NCBI GenBank assembly: GCA_964464605.1
Contig: CAYXJN010000002.1
Span: forward strand, 124,001 to 188,000
Direction: 5' to 3'
Source of the DNA: an uncultured Ignavibacteriales bacterium
GTDB taxonomy: Bacteria > Zixibacteria > MSB-5A5 > GN15 > FEB-12
DNA: 64,000 nt
Part shown: positions 49,736-60,659 of the stretch, one piece after another
How the letters are laid out: every line of letters begins with the position of its first letter
How positions within the stretch are numbered: position 1 is the first letter of the stretch
Made by a program: the position numbers and the translations under genes
The notes under the pieces: model-generated
Told to the model about the DNA's origin: nothing
Database searches by the model: none
Seen by the model: only the letters and a program-made list of their open reading frames with translations

Positions 49736-51145
49736 TTACAACCGCTCAACGTTGACGATAACCAGCGGGAAACCCTGCAGATCATTATGGGTGGCTGACG
49801 TCCAATTACGCATCGTGATAAACACGCTGTTATTGGTCACCGTTCCCTGATTGGTCGGCACATTGCCAACAAGTACGACAAGAGGGAAATTCGTGGCTGT
49901 AGGCAATGAGAAGTTCTTGGGTTCAATGGCAATGAATACACATCCGTTAGCACCTGCCGGACCACCACCGGCCGGAACAAAACCACCCGCCGGAAGCCCG
50001 CCACCGCACGGCAAGCCGGTCAGGAAATCTTCACCGGGGAAATTCGGCACACGTGAGCTAAGCGAGTATGGATTCGGATTCGCACCAATATCCTTTTGGT
50101 CATAGGCCGTAAACGCACCGGCGGTTAGCATCATGCTTCCGTTTTGCGGGAAATACTGATTAATAGCAGTTTCATTGACCCATGCAGGCTCGCTAAAGGT
50201 CGCGTTGCCGCAGCCACCATCAAGAATTGGAGACATCACCCAGGTACGATACACCCATCCAAAAGGTGATAAATTCGGTAAGTAGAGTGACGGCTGTACA
50301 AAGTTTTCCCGTATGAATTCCGTGTTGACGTTACTGTTCGGTTCGATATCGTAATCAATTGTGATCTCATCAACGGTAAAGGGCGGGGTTGTTTGGTATT
50401 CAACTACCGAATCAAATCGAACATACTGAACGGTGAATGTATCGAAACCGATAACACGCTCATCTGTCACCGTTCTAATATTAATCAGGTCCCGAACCAC
50501 GATACTGTCGCAAACCGGATTACTGACAGACGGCGTACATTCACTGGAACTGTCAATCGAATAACTTACTATACCTACCGTATCCCTAATTGAATCGACT
50601 TTCTCTTCATACCCGCTTAACCAGACTCCGTAGCCGTCATTAGTTGTCAGGTCGCTATCCGACGGCGTACTCATATTGAAAAACATGAATCCGTTATACA
50701 GCGAATCGGAGCGCGGGAATTTCAAACGGGTCGTTTCCGGTTCAAGGGTTATCACCGTATCCAAAAGCATGATTGCATTCGGCTTGTTGGCGTTGTTGTC
50801 CGGAACCGGTTCAACGGAAATGATAACCGTTCGGTAGCTGAAAATGTCATCGGGAAGAATGAAGGAATTGGAATCAGCCCGGCGGGTCGTTCCATTCGTT
50901 TCAAAAAAGGCATTGGAATCGAAATTCCAAGCAAACTTTGCCATCGGGATGGTATCGGTTCCGTTGGCAGCCCAGAGTTGGTAAACCGTACCCGGTGGGT
51001 TAGTGGGAAGCCGTTCCGGGGTCAGGGTCAACCGACTGCTCGAAACCGGGGTGATGACATCTTCCGGCTGGCTACAGCCCCAGTACATCAACAGAGCAAA
51101 TATCGCTAAAGCAAGTAATCCCAATCTGTTAGCGCGCGATGACAT
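49736..51145 (-). CDS. Hypothetical lipoprotein
   Basis: Lipobox-like YWGC; duplicated LP..P.G.VY..W and ..SVEP/IAIEP motifs. Confidence 0.7.
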   Translation of the reverse strand: MSSRANRLGLLALAIFALLMYWGCSQPEDVITPVSSSRLTLTPERLPTNPPGTVYQLWAANGTDTIPMAKFAWNFDSNAFFETNGTTRRADSNSFILPDDIFSYRTVIISVEPVPDNNANKPNAIMLLDTVITLEPETTRLKFPRSDSLYNGFMFFNMSTPSDSDLTTNDGYGVWLSGYEEKVDSIRDTVGIVSYSIDSSSECTPSVSNPVCDSIVVRDLINIRTVTDERVIGFDTFTVQYVRFDSVVEYQTTPPFTVDEITIDYDIEPNSNVNTEFIRENFVQPSLYLPNLSPFGWVYRTWVMSPILDGGCGNATFSEPAWVNETAINQYFPQNGSMMLTAGAFTAYDQKDIGANPNPYSLSSRVPNFPGEDFLTGLPCGGGLPAGGFVPAGGGPAGANGCVFIAIEPKNFSLPTATNFPLVVLVGNVPTNQGTVTNNSVFITMRNWTSATHNDLQGFPLVIVNVERL

Positions 51146-51377
51146 CAACTATTTCCTCCTGAACCGTCCAATCACGAATTCCAAATCATCCAGTATAAGC
51201 AAGGAGTATAACACCCCCCGAAAAAGGGTGTCAAGCCATTATTTGCTCTACTGTTAGCTCCTGTATCCCAGACGGCTGAACCGGCCTGTTCATCTAAAGA
51301 TTTTTTCGTCAAAGTCGATATTCAGAATGGCCCCTTAGCAGGAAAGAAATCGATAGAACATAACAGGATAGAGTAAC

Positions 51378-53495
51378 TTGAAAAAAGATTCACCCCACAC
51401 TAATCGGAAAGTTGAACCTAATAACGGCAATCAGAGCACAGCCAATTCAACGGCCGGCAATGTTGACCGGGATGGGGACGACTTTGTAATCTCAGAAGCA
51501 TCCGGACGAGATGTCGAATTTGTCGGTGGCGAAAAGGAATTCGCAGGTTCTAATCAATCCAAAGATTCAGGCTCCAAACGATCGGATTCAATGCGGGATC
51601 ATCAGCAGTTGAATCTGGACGATGAGGATATCATCTCAGAACAGGCAATCGGAGCCTCGGCCGCTGAACCGAGCAGCAAAAACTCGTTCAAGGCCTCCCC
51701 TGCCTCACAAACTCCGCCCGATTCGAAGCCGGACTCTGTCCGTAAGAACGGTGAAGGGGTAAAACGTCTCTCTACCGATCAGGTGAAAGAAATCGAAAAG
51801 AATATGTATTCCAACAAACCGGAAATGGTGAGCAGCAAAGACAAAGAAGAACTGCTCAAAAAAGTGCAAACACACCTGACCGGTAATGAAAAAGCCCTCG
51901 CGGCACAGGCCAAAGAAACCCCGGCCCGGACGGCCGCACCGATGGCGTTCGATCAGGACGCTCCTCGTCCGACTATGGCCAAGAAGACACGCGGTATTGC
52001 GTATTATTACAAGAATTACATTCAGATCGTCGGCAGTATCGAAATGCACGACAACGATGAACTGATCGTGAACGAACGTCCGTATGCACTCAAGAAAAAA
52101 CGGATGAGTTCTCATGTCGGCTGGGGGCTCGGTATCGGCGCGCTTTCCGTGGTGATGCTGATTTTTGCCTCCTTGTTCATCAAGGATGCCGGCAGCGGTT
52201 TAGGGGAAGTTACCGGTATTGTTTTGGATGAAAACTCACAGCCGTATGTACAGGGTGCGACAATCCGATTCCCCGACCTCGGTATTAATGTTGTTTCCAA
52301 CCCAGCCGGATTCTTCCGCTCGGGTGATGTTCCCGAAGGAACGCACAAGATTCAGTACTTCGTAAACGGCTCGATGATCGGCGAAGACTACGCCACGACG
52401 GTTAACGGTGATCTGACCATGGTTGCGTTGCGCCCGAAACAGACCTCTGAAAGCAACCATATCGCTCAAACCGAAACTCCGGAATTTCAGCAGGTAAACG
52501 ACATCGCCAGAGAGCAGCAAAATCTGTCGATGGCTCCCCCCCAATCACAGCAGGCATCACGCACTGAACCGACTCGCCAGAACAATAGCGAACAGACAGC
52601 TTCATCCACTACTTCCAATCTGGCGAAGCTAACCCTCGATGCAAACATTCCGCAGGCTAAGATCACTCTTGATGGTAAAGTGCTCGGCGCCGGAAATATG
52701 ACCTTTTCGAAAATTAAACCAGGCACAAAATCATATACGATTTCCCGTGACGGCTATCAGGACGTAAAGGGAACTATCAAACTGGTTGCCGGTGAAGAAG
52801 CTGTGCTGTCAGTCAACCTTGAGCCGGTTGCGGAAACGCAGAAAGCGGCTGAATATACGACCGGTGACTATTTCCATTCCGCAGAAGCAGCCCGTCAGGC
52901 CGGCGACATGAATCGCGCTATTCAGGATTACACACAGGCGATTGAACAGAAACAAAGCTATGCTGAAGCATATCAGGGACGCGGCGAAGCGAACATGTCA
53001 TCAGGAGACAAAACGGCTGCGCATGATGATTTCGTGCAGGCCGCCGAAATTTTCCAGATGCGCGGCGAGTATAACGCCGCCTCGACTTCATACAATCGCG
53101 CCATAGACGCCGATAAAAGGTCGGTCACAGCTTTTTTGGGACGCGCTAACCTCTACCTTGCCCGTGGCGAACAGATAGCAGCGCTGGCTGATTATGAATC
53201 AGTCGTGAAGCTCGACAAGAAGAATTTCGCCGCCCATTACGGTATGGGACAGGCACGCTACCAACAAGGCAACTACAAAAATGCGATCGATCATTTTAAA
53301 ACGGCCCGTTCGATCAATGAGTCGGATCCCCGGGTGCATCAGGCGCTGGTGCTCTGTTACATGGGAACCTCCGATTTCAAGAACATGAAAAAGAGCTGGG
53401 AAAAGTTCGAAACCATTGCCTCGGATAATGACAAGAGCCAGTTCCGTCAAAATGCCAACTATACGGCTGTGATGGCCGCGCTTGAACGTAACTAA
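51378..53495 (+). CDS. Membrane-anchored protein with carboxypeptidase-regulatory-like, PEGA and TPR domains
   Basis: One TM helix; VTGIVLDE..P..GATI; AKITLDG..ISRDGY; C-terminal TPRs; TTG start uncertain. Confidence 0.8.
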   Translation: MKKDSPHTNRKVEPNNGNQSTANSTAGNVDRDGDDFVISEASGRDVEFVGGEKEFAGSNQSKDSGSKRSDSMRDHQQLNLDDEDIISEQAIGASAAEPSSKNSFKASPASQTPPDSKPDSVRKNGEGVKRLSTDQVKEIEKNMYSNKPEMVSSKDKEELLKKVQTHLTGNEKALAAQAKETPARTAAPMAFDQDAPRPTMAKKTRGIAYYYKNYIQIVGSIEMHDNDELIVNERPYALKKKRMSSHVGWGLGIGALSVVMLIFASLFIKDAGSGLGEVTGIVLDENSQPYVQGATIRFPDLGINVVSNPAGFFRSGDVPEGTHKIQYFVNGSMIGEDYATTVNGDLTMVALRPKQTSESNHIAQTETPEFQQVNDIAREQQNLSMAPPQSQQASRTEPTRQNNSEQTASSTTSNLAKLTLDANIPQAKITLDGKVLGAGNMTFSKIKPGTKSYTISRDGYQDVKGTIKLVAGEEAVLSVNLEPVAETQKAAEYTTGDYFHSAEAARQAGDMNRAIQDYTQAIEQKQSYAEAYQGRGEANMSSGDKTAAHDDFVQAAEIFQMRGEYNAASTSYNRAIDADKRSVTAFLGRANLYLARGEQIAALADYESVVKLDKKNFAAHYGMGQARYQQGNYKNAIDHFKTARSINESDPRVHQALVLCYMGTSDFKNMKKSWEKFETIASDNDKSQFRQNANYTAVMAALERN

Positions 53496-53518
53496 GCCAA
53501 TCGTCAGCAAGTTATTAC

Positions 53519-53550
53519 AAAAAAGGCCGGTCGCATTGACCGGCCTTTTT
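53519..53550 (+). terminator. Intrinsic terminator
   Basis: AAAAGGCCGGTC/GACCGGCCTTTTT. Confidence 0.8.
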
Positions 53551-53627
53551 GCTTATTGTCTGTTGAACCTTTTGGCTCTACCTTGCGTCTAATTGTTGTG
53601 TTACAAGAACCAGCCAAAGGAGAACCC

Positions 53628-55583
53628 ATGCCCTTAGCACATCGGATATTTGTGCTTCTTGCCTGTCTTACCATTGCCGTTGCTGCTTCTGCCGACACCG
53701 GCCAGCGTCCCCCCTCACTTTTGGACACCGGACAGTATATTCCGGATATTTCGCAATTTTTGGAAATCGATGCCTGCTCCCCAGCCGGATATAGCTGGGA
53801 TGGGAAACAGGTTTACTTCACGACCTCAACCTCCGGTGCTTCGCAGGTCTACCGCTTAACAAAAGAGGGCTGGCCCTTTCAGCTAACCTCATTTGAAGAT
53901 GGAATCGACTTTTTCACCCTCTCCTGGGGAGGGCAGCTCGCGATTGTTGGTGCCTCGGTCGGTGGTTCGGAACAATCACAGCTTTTGCTGTTGGACACCG
54001 AAACCGGTCGCAATATCCAGCTGACCAATAATTCCAAAACACAGTTTCAGTCCGTTCTCTGGGCTCCTGATGACAAGAGCATTTACTACCGCTCGAACGA
54101 AGAAAACGGAAAAGACTTCTTCATTTATCAGATGGATATCTCGAATGGAAAATCAGAGAAAATTTTCGGCGATTCCACCACCGGCCCGCGCGGTTACAAC
54201 TCACCGGCCGGACTTTCGTCCGACGGCACAAAACTGCTTATCTACAATTTCACTTCGAACGTTCGTAATGATCTCTATCTGCTTGATATCGCTTCCCGCA
54301 AATGGAGTAAGCTAAATGCGAAGAAAGATTACGACGTCAAATATATCTCTCCGATTCTCATGCCGGACAACAAAACACTCTGGCTGGTCTGTAACGATAA
54401 TAAAGACGGTATCGGACGTCTTGCCAAGATGACTGTCGGATCAACGAAAGTCGAATTTATCAACGATGGCTGGCTCGATCCGAAATGGGACATCGAAGGA
54501 CTTTCCGTTTCCCGCGATTACACCCGGGTGGCGGCAGTATTAAATGAAGATGGTTACAACCGGCTCAAGCTGCGCATGATGAACACAGGCGAGGTTATAC
54601 CGACTCCGCAGCTCGATGGAATTCTCGGTTTCGGTGATTTCGATAAAGATGGCAATATGATTCTTTCATTCTATAGCGCCACCCGCGTTGCTGATGTTTG
54701 GTTCTGGAATCCGAAAGCCAACGAACTCAAGCAACTGACGTTCACGAGCTATTCCGGAATCGACCGCACCATGTTCCGTGAACCGAAGTTGATTCGTTAT
54801 GAAAGCTTCGATGGTCTGCAGATTCCTGCATTTCTTTATTTGCCGCCGAACTACCAGCCGGGTACACCGATACCGTTTGTTATCGATGCCCACGGCGGCC
54901 CGGAAAGCCAGTTTACGCCCGGGTTCATCCGCAATTTCCAATACCTGATGCTTAATGGTTTCGGTGTGCTTGCTCCTAATCCGCGCGGTTCAGACGGATA
55001 TGGACGGGATTATCTGAACCTGGATAATTACAAATTGCGCAAGAACTCGCTTAAGGACTACAAAGCTGCCGCTGACTATCTTATCAAAAACGGCTATTCA
55101 GCACAGGGAATGCTCAGCATTCGCGGCGGTTCGTACGGTGGGTATGTTGTACTCGGCATGATTACCGAGTATCCTGATCTCTTTTCAGCGGCAATCGAAA
55201 ATGTCGGTATTGCCAATTTCAAAACTTTTTTGGCGCAAACGGCTGCCTATCGAAGAGCATTGCGCGAAGCAGAATACGGCCCGCTTTCCGACAGCGCATT
55301 TCTCGATGAGATCTCCCCTATCAACAAAGCGCATTTGATCAAAACTCCGCTGTTAGTTGTTCATGGCGCTAATGACCCGCGCGTACCGATCGGTGAAGCG
55401 CGCCAGATTATCGCCGCCATTCAAAAGAACGGCGGCATTGTTGATTCGATGATTTTTGCCAACGAAGGACACGGTGCCGGGAAAACATCGAATACGATTA
55501 TGGAGTACCGGAAACAGGTCGAGTTCTTGAATACCTACTTGAATCCAAAACAGGAAATGACGGTTCCGAAAAAAGATGACTAA
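53628..55583 (+). CDS. Secreted S9-family (prolyl oligopeptidase-like) serine peptidase
   Basis: HGGP, PNPRGSDGYG, GGSYGG, HGANDPRVP, EGH; SD AAGGAG. Confidence 0.94.
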   Translation: MPLAHRIFVLLACLTIAVAASADTGQRPPSLLDTGQYIPDISQFLEIDACSPAGYSWDGKQVYFTTSTSGASQVYRLTKEGWPFQLTSFEDGIDFFTLSWGGQLAIVGASVGGSEQSQLLLLDTETGRNIQLTNNSKTQFQSVLWAPDDKSIYYRSNEENGKDFFIYQMDISNGKSEKIFGDSTTGPRGYNSPAGLSSDGTKLLIYNFTSNVRNDLYLLDIASRKWSKLNAKKDYDVKYISPILMPDNKTLWLVCNDNKDGIGRLAKMTVGSTKVEFINDGWLDPKWDIEGLSVSRDYTRVAAVLNEDGYNRLKLRMMNTGEVIPTPQLDGILGFGDFDKDGNMILSFYSATRVADVWFWNPKANELKQLTFTSYSGIDRTMFREPKLIRYESFDGLQIPAFLYLPPNYQPGTPIPFVIDAHGGPESQFTPGFIRNFQYLMLNGFGVLAPNPRGSDGYGRDYLNLDNYKLRKNSLKDYKAAADYLIKNGYSAQGMLSIRGGSYGGYVVLGMITEYPDLFSAAIENVGIANFKTFLAQTAAYRRALREAEYGPLSDSAFLDEISPINKAHLIKTPLLVVHGANDPRVPIGEARQIIAAIQKNGGIVDSMIFANEGHGAGKTSNTIMEYRKQVEFLNTYLNPKQEMTVPKKDD

Positions 55584-55603
55584 ATGATTCGACACTGATT
55601 AAG

Positions 55604-55633
55604 AAAAAACCCGCTTCAAAAGCGGGTTTTTTT
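55604..55633. terminator. Bidirectional intrinsic terminator
   Basis: AAAAAACCCGCT/AGCGGGTTTTTT. Confidence 0.8.
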
Positions 55634-55654
55634 ATCCCTGATTTTATCTATGCC

Positions 55655-56419
55655 TCAATGAATCGCTTCAGTTTCCCAATCTTGGCGAAGCGCCTGAAAG
55701 GCGGGAACGATAAGCTTTGTCCATGACGGCCAGTTTTCATCTTTGGCGACTTTGAACACAGGGTCTAACAACGAGCAATACACAATAAAGTGACTACCGA
55801 ACGTTAACCGGGCAAGCTGCTCATCGATTGCGCCGGTCTTACGAAGCATGGTCAGCAATTCATAAAACTCGACGACTTTCCACGTATGATACACCCAGTC
55901 ATCCTGACGGGATAAATCCTCCGGATCGAGGTCTTTGCGGGAGCGTAAATCCGGATTTAACTCAGAAAGGACATCAGGTTCACGCCGGTTTTCCCGCAAC
56001 CATATTTCAGAAATATCACGGGACTTAAGCATATCAAACGAAAAAAACTGCGCCGCCAATTCAATCGTACGGCGGGTACGGGTGGAATCATCCATCCGCT
56101 GAATCTGCTGTTCCTGTACGCGAAGCGCCTGATGATGCATCCGCCGGTTCGCTGCTATTTCCCGATGCTGTAAAACCACGGTGTAAACAAGTGCTATAAG
56201 CGTGAAGCCGGTGAGAATTGCGTTCATACCACCAAACATATCCCCAAACAATCCTGCCTTTGCCGGGTTAGTAAAAAAAAGAAAGAACCCGGTTCCCAAA
56301 TAGGAAACCGCGCACAGCACTAACAACGTGAAGGCGACATAGAGCATCCGGCGTGAAGCAATTACCGAAAAGAGTTCCGGTTGATGGAGCGGCGGTTTTT
56401 GCGGGTTGTGGGTATTCAT
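55655..56419 (-). CDS. Two-TM hypothetical protein with DUF4760-like C-terminus
   Basis: G.FGDMFGG.NA..TG..L..LVYT..LQ; VVEFYELL..L..GAIDE. Confidence 0.6.
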   Translation of the reverse strand: MNTHNPQKPPLHQPELFSVIASRRMLYVAFTLLVLCAVSYLGTGFFLFFTNPAKAGLFGDMFGGMNAILTGFTLIALVYTVVLQHREIAANRRMHHQALRVQEQQIQRMDDSTRTRRTIELAAQFFSFDMLKSRDISEIWLRENRREPDVLSELNPDLRSRKDLDPEDLSRQDDWVYHTWKVVEFYELLTMLRKTGAIDEQLARLTFGSHFIVYCSLLDPVFKVAKDENWPSWTKLIVPAFQALRQDWETEAIH

Positions 56420-56433
56420 GTGTTACTAAAGAG

Positions 56434-56466
56434 AAAACCGGTCAGGAGTTTCTTCCTAACCGGTTT
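56434..56466 (-). terminator. Terminator of the ribosomal operon
   Basis: AAACCGGTCAGGA/TCCTAACCGGTTT stem downstream of rplQ. Confidence 0.6.
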
Positions 56467-56491
56467 GTAATTTCAGATTATGTATCCCGCT

Positions 56492-57025
56492 TTATTTTGC
56501 GCCGGCTTTTTTCGCGGTCTTTTTTACGGCCGCTTTTTTGGCCGCTGCCTTTTTCGGTGTGGCGGCTGCGGCTTTCGCTTTTTTCGGAGCGGCTGCTGCT
56601 TGTGGTGCGGCGGCGGATTTAGCGTCTGCCTTCTTCCCTTTTTCCGGAGCTTCAATTGCCGCTACTGGACGCGGGGTCAACAGTTCGACCATCGAAACCG
56701 GGGCATTATCGCCGCGGCGGAAACCGAGTTTGAAAATCCGGGTGAAACCGGAGTTTCTGTCGGAGAAGTGCGGAAGAATTTCGTCGTAGAGTTTTTTAAA
56801 TACATCTTTTTGACGAATCGTACGCGCCACCTGACGCTTGGAAGCAAGCGTGTTCTCTTTGGCGGTAACTATCAAGCGATCGATAACCGGTGCGAGCGCT
56901 TTGGCTTTTGCTTCGGTCGTTTTGATAGTGCGGTGCAGGAATAATGACATAGCCATATTCCCGAGCATGGCATCACGGTGCGATGCGGTGCGGCCTAACT
57001 TAACTTTCTTGTCCCGATGTCCCAT
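56492..57025 (-). CDS. rplQ: 50S ribosomal protein L17 with Ala/Lys-rich tail
   Basis: KLGRTASHR, IKTTEAKAK, RRGDNA. Confidence 0.98.
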   Translation of the reverse strand: MGHRDKKVKLGRTASHRDAMLGNMAMSLFLHRTIKTTEAKAKALAPVIDRLIVTAKENTLASKRQVARTIRQKDVFKKLYDEILPHFSDRNSGFTRIFKLGFRRGDNAPVSMVELLTPRPVAAIEAPEKGKKADAKSAAAPQAAAAPKKAKAAAATPKKAAAKKAAVKKTAKKAGAK

Positions 57026-57033
57026 GATGTACT

Positions 57034-58020
57034 TTATTCGCCTTTTCTGTCGTTAAGCAGCTTGGTGACATCCATACCGAAATGCAGATCCATGCTTTCG
57101 AGGATCGCATTGATTTCATTGAGCGACTTACGGCCGAAGTTGCGGTATTTCAGCATTTCCGGCTCACTCTTGGTGACCAAGTCTTCAATAGTCTGTATAT
57201 TGGCGGCACGAAGGCAGTTAGATGACCGAACGGAAAGTTCGAGTTCCTCGACGCGGGTCTTAAGCAGATTCCGCATCCGGTTGATCCCTTCATCTTCAAG
57301 GGTCGGTTCATCCAACACGACTGCTTCATCCATATGGATAAACAGCTGCAGGTGATCTTTCATTAATTTAGCCGCATGGCTGAGCGCATCTTCCGGCGTA
57401 ATAGAACCGTCGGTGGTGACTTCCATAATCAAACGGTCATAGTCGGTACGCTGACCAACACGGGTATTTTCAACTTTGTAGGCAACTTTGCTGACCGGTG
57501 AGAACAGTGAATCGACGAAAATCGTGCCGACCGGTGCATCCGGGCGCTTGTTGTGCTCGGCCAAGTGGTAACCACGGCCGCCGTCAACGTCGATTTCCAT
57601 TTCGAAGTCGATATCATCGGTAATTTCGCAGATCAACTGATTCGGATTCAGAATTTCAACGTCGGCATCACCCTGGAACATGCCGGCGGTAATCTTCTTT
57701 TTGGAGTTTACCTGAACGCGAAGAGTTTTCATTTCTTCACCGTGCAAACGAACGCGAATCGATTTGACATTCAGGACGATACTGGTGACATCTTCATAGA
57801 CGCCTTTGAGCGAGGTGAACTCATGCTGGGCGCCTTTTATGCGCAACGAAACAACTGCCGCTCCCTGAATCGAGGAAAGCAGCACGCGGCGCAGTGAGTT
57901 GCCGATAGTTGACCCGAAACCGCGTTCCAGCGGTTCGACCGTAAAGCGGGAGTAGTTTTCCGACGCCGAGGTACGATCGTTGACAACTTCTTTCGGCAGG
58001 TTGAGTGGCTTAAATTTCAT
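57034..58020 (-). CDS. rpoA: RNA polymerase alpha subunit
   Basis: EPLERGFG..GNSLRRVLLSS, LSVRSSNCL, NFGRKSLNEI. Confidence 0.99.
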   Translation of the reverse strand: MKFKPLNLPKEVVNDRTSASENYSRFTVEPLERGFGSTIGNSLRRVLLSSIQGAAVVSLRIKGAQHEFTSLKGVYEDVTSIVLNVKSIRVRLHGEEMKTLRVQVNSKKKITAGMFQGDADVEILNPNQLICEITDDIDFEMEIDVDGGRGYHLAEHNKRPDAPVGTIFVDSLFSPVSKVAYKVENTRVGQRTDYDRLIMEVTTDGSITPEDALSHAAKLMKDHLQLFIHMDEAVVLDEPTLEDEGINRMRNLLKTRVEELELSVRSSNCLRAANIQTIEDLVTKSEPEMLKYRNFGRKSLNEINAILESMDLHFGMDVTKLLNDRKGE

Positions 58021-58062
58021 ATATCCAGGGCTCCTTCCGTTCTTTCTTACAAACGCAAATAA

Positions 58063-58467
58063 TTATACGCGGCGACGTTTCGGCGGACGGCATCCATTGT
58101 GCGGAATCGGCGTCACGTCCTTAATCAATGTCACTTCCAAACCGGTAGCAGAAAGGGACCGAATCGCTGCTTCGCGTCCGGAGCCCGGGCCCTTGACCCA
58201 GACTTCCACGCGGCGCAATCCCTGATCCATCGCTTCTTTCGCTGCGGTTGAGGCCGCTACCTGCGCTGCAAACGGGGTCGATTTCTTTGAGCCTTTGAAT
58301 CCGGATTTTCCGGAGGTGCTCCAAGAGATCGTACGACCCTGTGTGTCGGTTACCGTGACCATCGTGTTGTTAAACGATGCCAAAATATGCACCACACCGT
58401 TCGCTTCTATTTTGCGCTTGGCTTTTTTGACTCGTACTTTCTTTTTCTGTTGTGTCTGTTCAGCCAC
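58063..58467 (-). CDS. rpsK: 30S ribosomal protein S11
   Basis: [25 protein letters not shown]. Confidence 0.99.
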   Translation of the reverse strand: MAEQTQQKKKVRVKKAKRKIEANGVVHILASFNNTMVTVTDTQGRTISWSTSGKSGFKGSKKSTPFAAQVAASTAAKEAMDQGLRRVEVWVKGPGSGREAAIRSLSATGLEVTLIKDVTPIPHNGCRPPKRRRV

Positions 58468-58494
58468 ACTATCCTCTATTCAATTCCAACAAAA

Positions 58495-58878
58495 TTATTT
58501 CACAGCTTTCTTACGATTCAGACCACCCACAGATTTGCGCGGACCCTTACGGGAACGGGCATTCGTTTTGGTGCGCTGGCCGCGAACCGGCAGGCCGCGA
58601 CGATGGCGCAGGCCGCGATATGAACCGATATCAACCAGGCGTTTGATATTCATGGAAATTTCAGCGCGCAGGTTTCCTTCTACCGTGTAATCGTTTTCGA
58701 TTACCTGACGCAGACGGGCGACTTCTTCATCGGTCAGCGTATTGACGCGCTTATCCGGATTGATATTGGTCTTCTTTAAAATCTGTCTTGCTGCGTACGG
58801 ACCGACACCGAACAAATACGGTAAGGCCGCTTCAACGCGTTTTTCGCGGGGTAAATCAACGCCAGCTATACGAGCCAT
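58495..58878 (-). CDS. rpsM: 30S ribosomal protein S13
   Basis: [25 protein letters not shown]. Confidence 0.99.
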   Translation of the reverse strand: MARIAGVDLPREKRVEAALPYLFGVGPYAARQILKKTNINPDKRVNTLTDEEVARLRQVIENDYTVEGNLRAEISMNIKRLVDIGSYRGLRHRRGLPVRGQRTKTNARSRKGPRKSVGGLNRKKAVK

Positions 58879-58899
58879 ATCTTCTCTCTTCTTCCTTTG

Positions 58900-59016
58900 T
58901 TATCCCTGACGCTGCTTATGGCTTGCTTCACGAGAGCAAATCACGCGCAGTACGCCTCGGCGTCTGATGATTTTGCAGTATTCACACCGCTTCTTAATTG
59001 ATGACTTAACTTTCAT
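58900..59016 (-). CDS. rpmJ: 50S ribosomal protein L36 (zinc-ribbon form)
   Basis: Read manually: [38 protein letters not shown]. Confidence 0.97.
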   Translation of the reverse strand: MKVKSSIKKRCEYCKIIRRRGVLRVICSREASHKQRQG

Positions 59017-59034
59017 ACGCTATCTCAATCCTTC

Positions 59035-59253
59035 TCATTTATATCGATACGTAATTCGTCCGCGGGTCAAATCGTATGGTGACAATTCAATCGTCACCTT
59101 GTCGCCGGGAAGAATCTTGATAAAGTTCATCCGCATCTTTCCGGATATATGCGCTAACACTGTGTGTCCATTATCCAGTTCGACTTTGAACATTGCATTT
59201 GGTAATGGTTCGATTACCTTTCCTTCTACAGTAATCGTATCTTCTTTGGCCAT
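59035..59253 (-). CDS. infA: Translation initiation factor IF-1
   Basis: [29 protein letters not shown]. Confidence 0.99.
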   Translation of the reverse strand: MAKEDTITVEGKVIEPLPNAMFKVELDNGHTVLAHISGKMRMNFIKILPGDKVTIELSPYDLTRGRITYRYK

Positions 59254-59260
59254 GCTCTCC

Positions 59261-60013
59261 TTACGCTGAGACCGTCAAAATGTCCGGACCGTTTTCGGTA
59301 ATGGCGACGGTATGTTCAAAATGCGCCGAGGCTTGACCATCAGCGGTTACAATCGTCCACCCATCCGGCATTGTCTTCACGCGGTGCGTTCCTAAATTGA
59401 TCATTGGTTCAATTGCCAACACCATTCCGGTTTGTAACACCGGACCTTCATCAGCAGAACCAAAATTAGGCACCTGGGGTTCTTCGTGCATTTCACGACC
59501 AATCCCATGCCCGACCAATTGACGAACAATGCCATAACCCTGCGTTTCGGCAACTTGCTGAACCGCAGAGGAAATGGCGCCTAATTTATTACCTTTTTTA
59601 GCTTTGTCAATACCAGCCATGAGGGCTTTTTGGGTAAAGTCCAAAAGCTTCCGTTTCTTCTCGTTCACCCGGCCGATGGCAAAAGTCCGGGCCGAGTCCC
59701 CGTGGAACCCATTTAGGTAGGCTCCGATATCGACCGAAACGACTTCCCCTTCCTGAATGACCCGTTTTCCCGGGATGCCATGGACGACTTCATCGTCTAT
59801 GGAGATACAGGCCGTGGCCGGGAAACCATGATACCCCTTAAACGACGGCTGAGCCCCACGATCACGGATAAACTCCTCCACGAGCTTATCGATGCGTTCG
59901 GTGGTCATGCCGTCCGTAATCTCCTCTTCGACCATATCAAGCGCCTCGGCAACAACGCGACCGGCGATTCGCATGATCTCAATTTCTTCTTTTGATTTCA
60001 GGAGTATCTTCAT
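59261..60013 (-). CDS. map: Methionine aminopeptidase type I
   Basis: VVHGIP, GDSART, GHGIG..HEEP, AIEPM, SAHFEHT. Confidence 0.97.
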   Translation of the reverse strand: MKILLKSKEEIEIMRIAGRVVAEALDMVEEEITDGMTTERIDKLVEEFIRDRGAQPSFKGYHGFPATACISIDDEVVHGIPGKRVIQEGEVVSVDIGAYLNGFHGDSARTFAIGRVNEKKRKLLDFTQKALMAGIDKAKKGNKLGAISSAVQQVAETQGYGIVRQLVGHGIGREMHEEPQVPNFGSADEGPVLQTGMVLAIEPMINLGTHRVKTMPDGWTIVTADGQASAHFEHTVAITENGPDILTVSA

Positions 60014-60026
60014 GGTAAACATCAAT

Positions 60027-60659
60027 TTAGGAAATAGCTGCCTTTATCGACTGAAACACGGAATCCGGGGCTACGTTCCCGACGATTTCCTTCAGTTTTC
60101 CCTGTTTCCGGTAATAATCAACAATCGGGGCGGTCTGCTGGGCATAGACCGAAAGCCGTTTACGAACGACCGATTCTTCATCATCCGGACGCCGCTTGAG
60201 CTCGTTACCATCACAGGTCGTTCCCTGCGGGCCGTTGGGCAGGCTGTAGGTCTTCTGGCAGGCCGGGCAGTACCAGCGGCTGGATAGTCGCTTCACTATC
60301 TCCTCATCCGGAACTTTGAGCAATACGGCCTGTGAGATTGGCATATTCTGAGCTTGTAACATCTGGTCAAGGCTTTCAGCCTGAGGAATGGTGCGCGGGA
60401 AACCGTCAAAAATTACGCCGTTCCCGACTGTGCCACCCGACAACTTGGTTTTGATGAGCGCGATAAGCAACTCATCCGGCACTAATTCCCCTTTGGCCAT
60501 AAACTGTTCCGCTTTTTGACCAAGGTCTGTTTTTCTGCTAACCGCGTCCCGAAGAAGATCGCCGGTTGAGAGGTGTGTCAAACTGAGTTCTGAAGCTAAA
60601 CGTGCTGCCTGAGTACCTTTACCTGATCCGGGAGGGCCAAGAAAGACCACGTTCCTCAC
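60027..60659 (-). CDS. adk: Adenylate kinase
   Basis: GPPGSGKGTQA, STGDLLR, DGFPRT; Cys-containing LID. Confidence 0.97.
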   Translation of the reverse strand: MRNVVFLGPPGSGKGTQAARLASELSLTHLSTGDLLRDAVSRKTDLGQKAEQFMAKGELVPDELLIALIKTKLSGGTVGNGVIFDGFPRTIPQAESLDQMLQAQNMPISQAVLLKVPDEEIVKRLSSRWYCPACQKTYSLPNGPQGTTCDGNELKRRPDDEESVVRKRLSVYAQQTAPIVDYYRKQGKLKEIVGNVAPDSVFQSIKAAIS

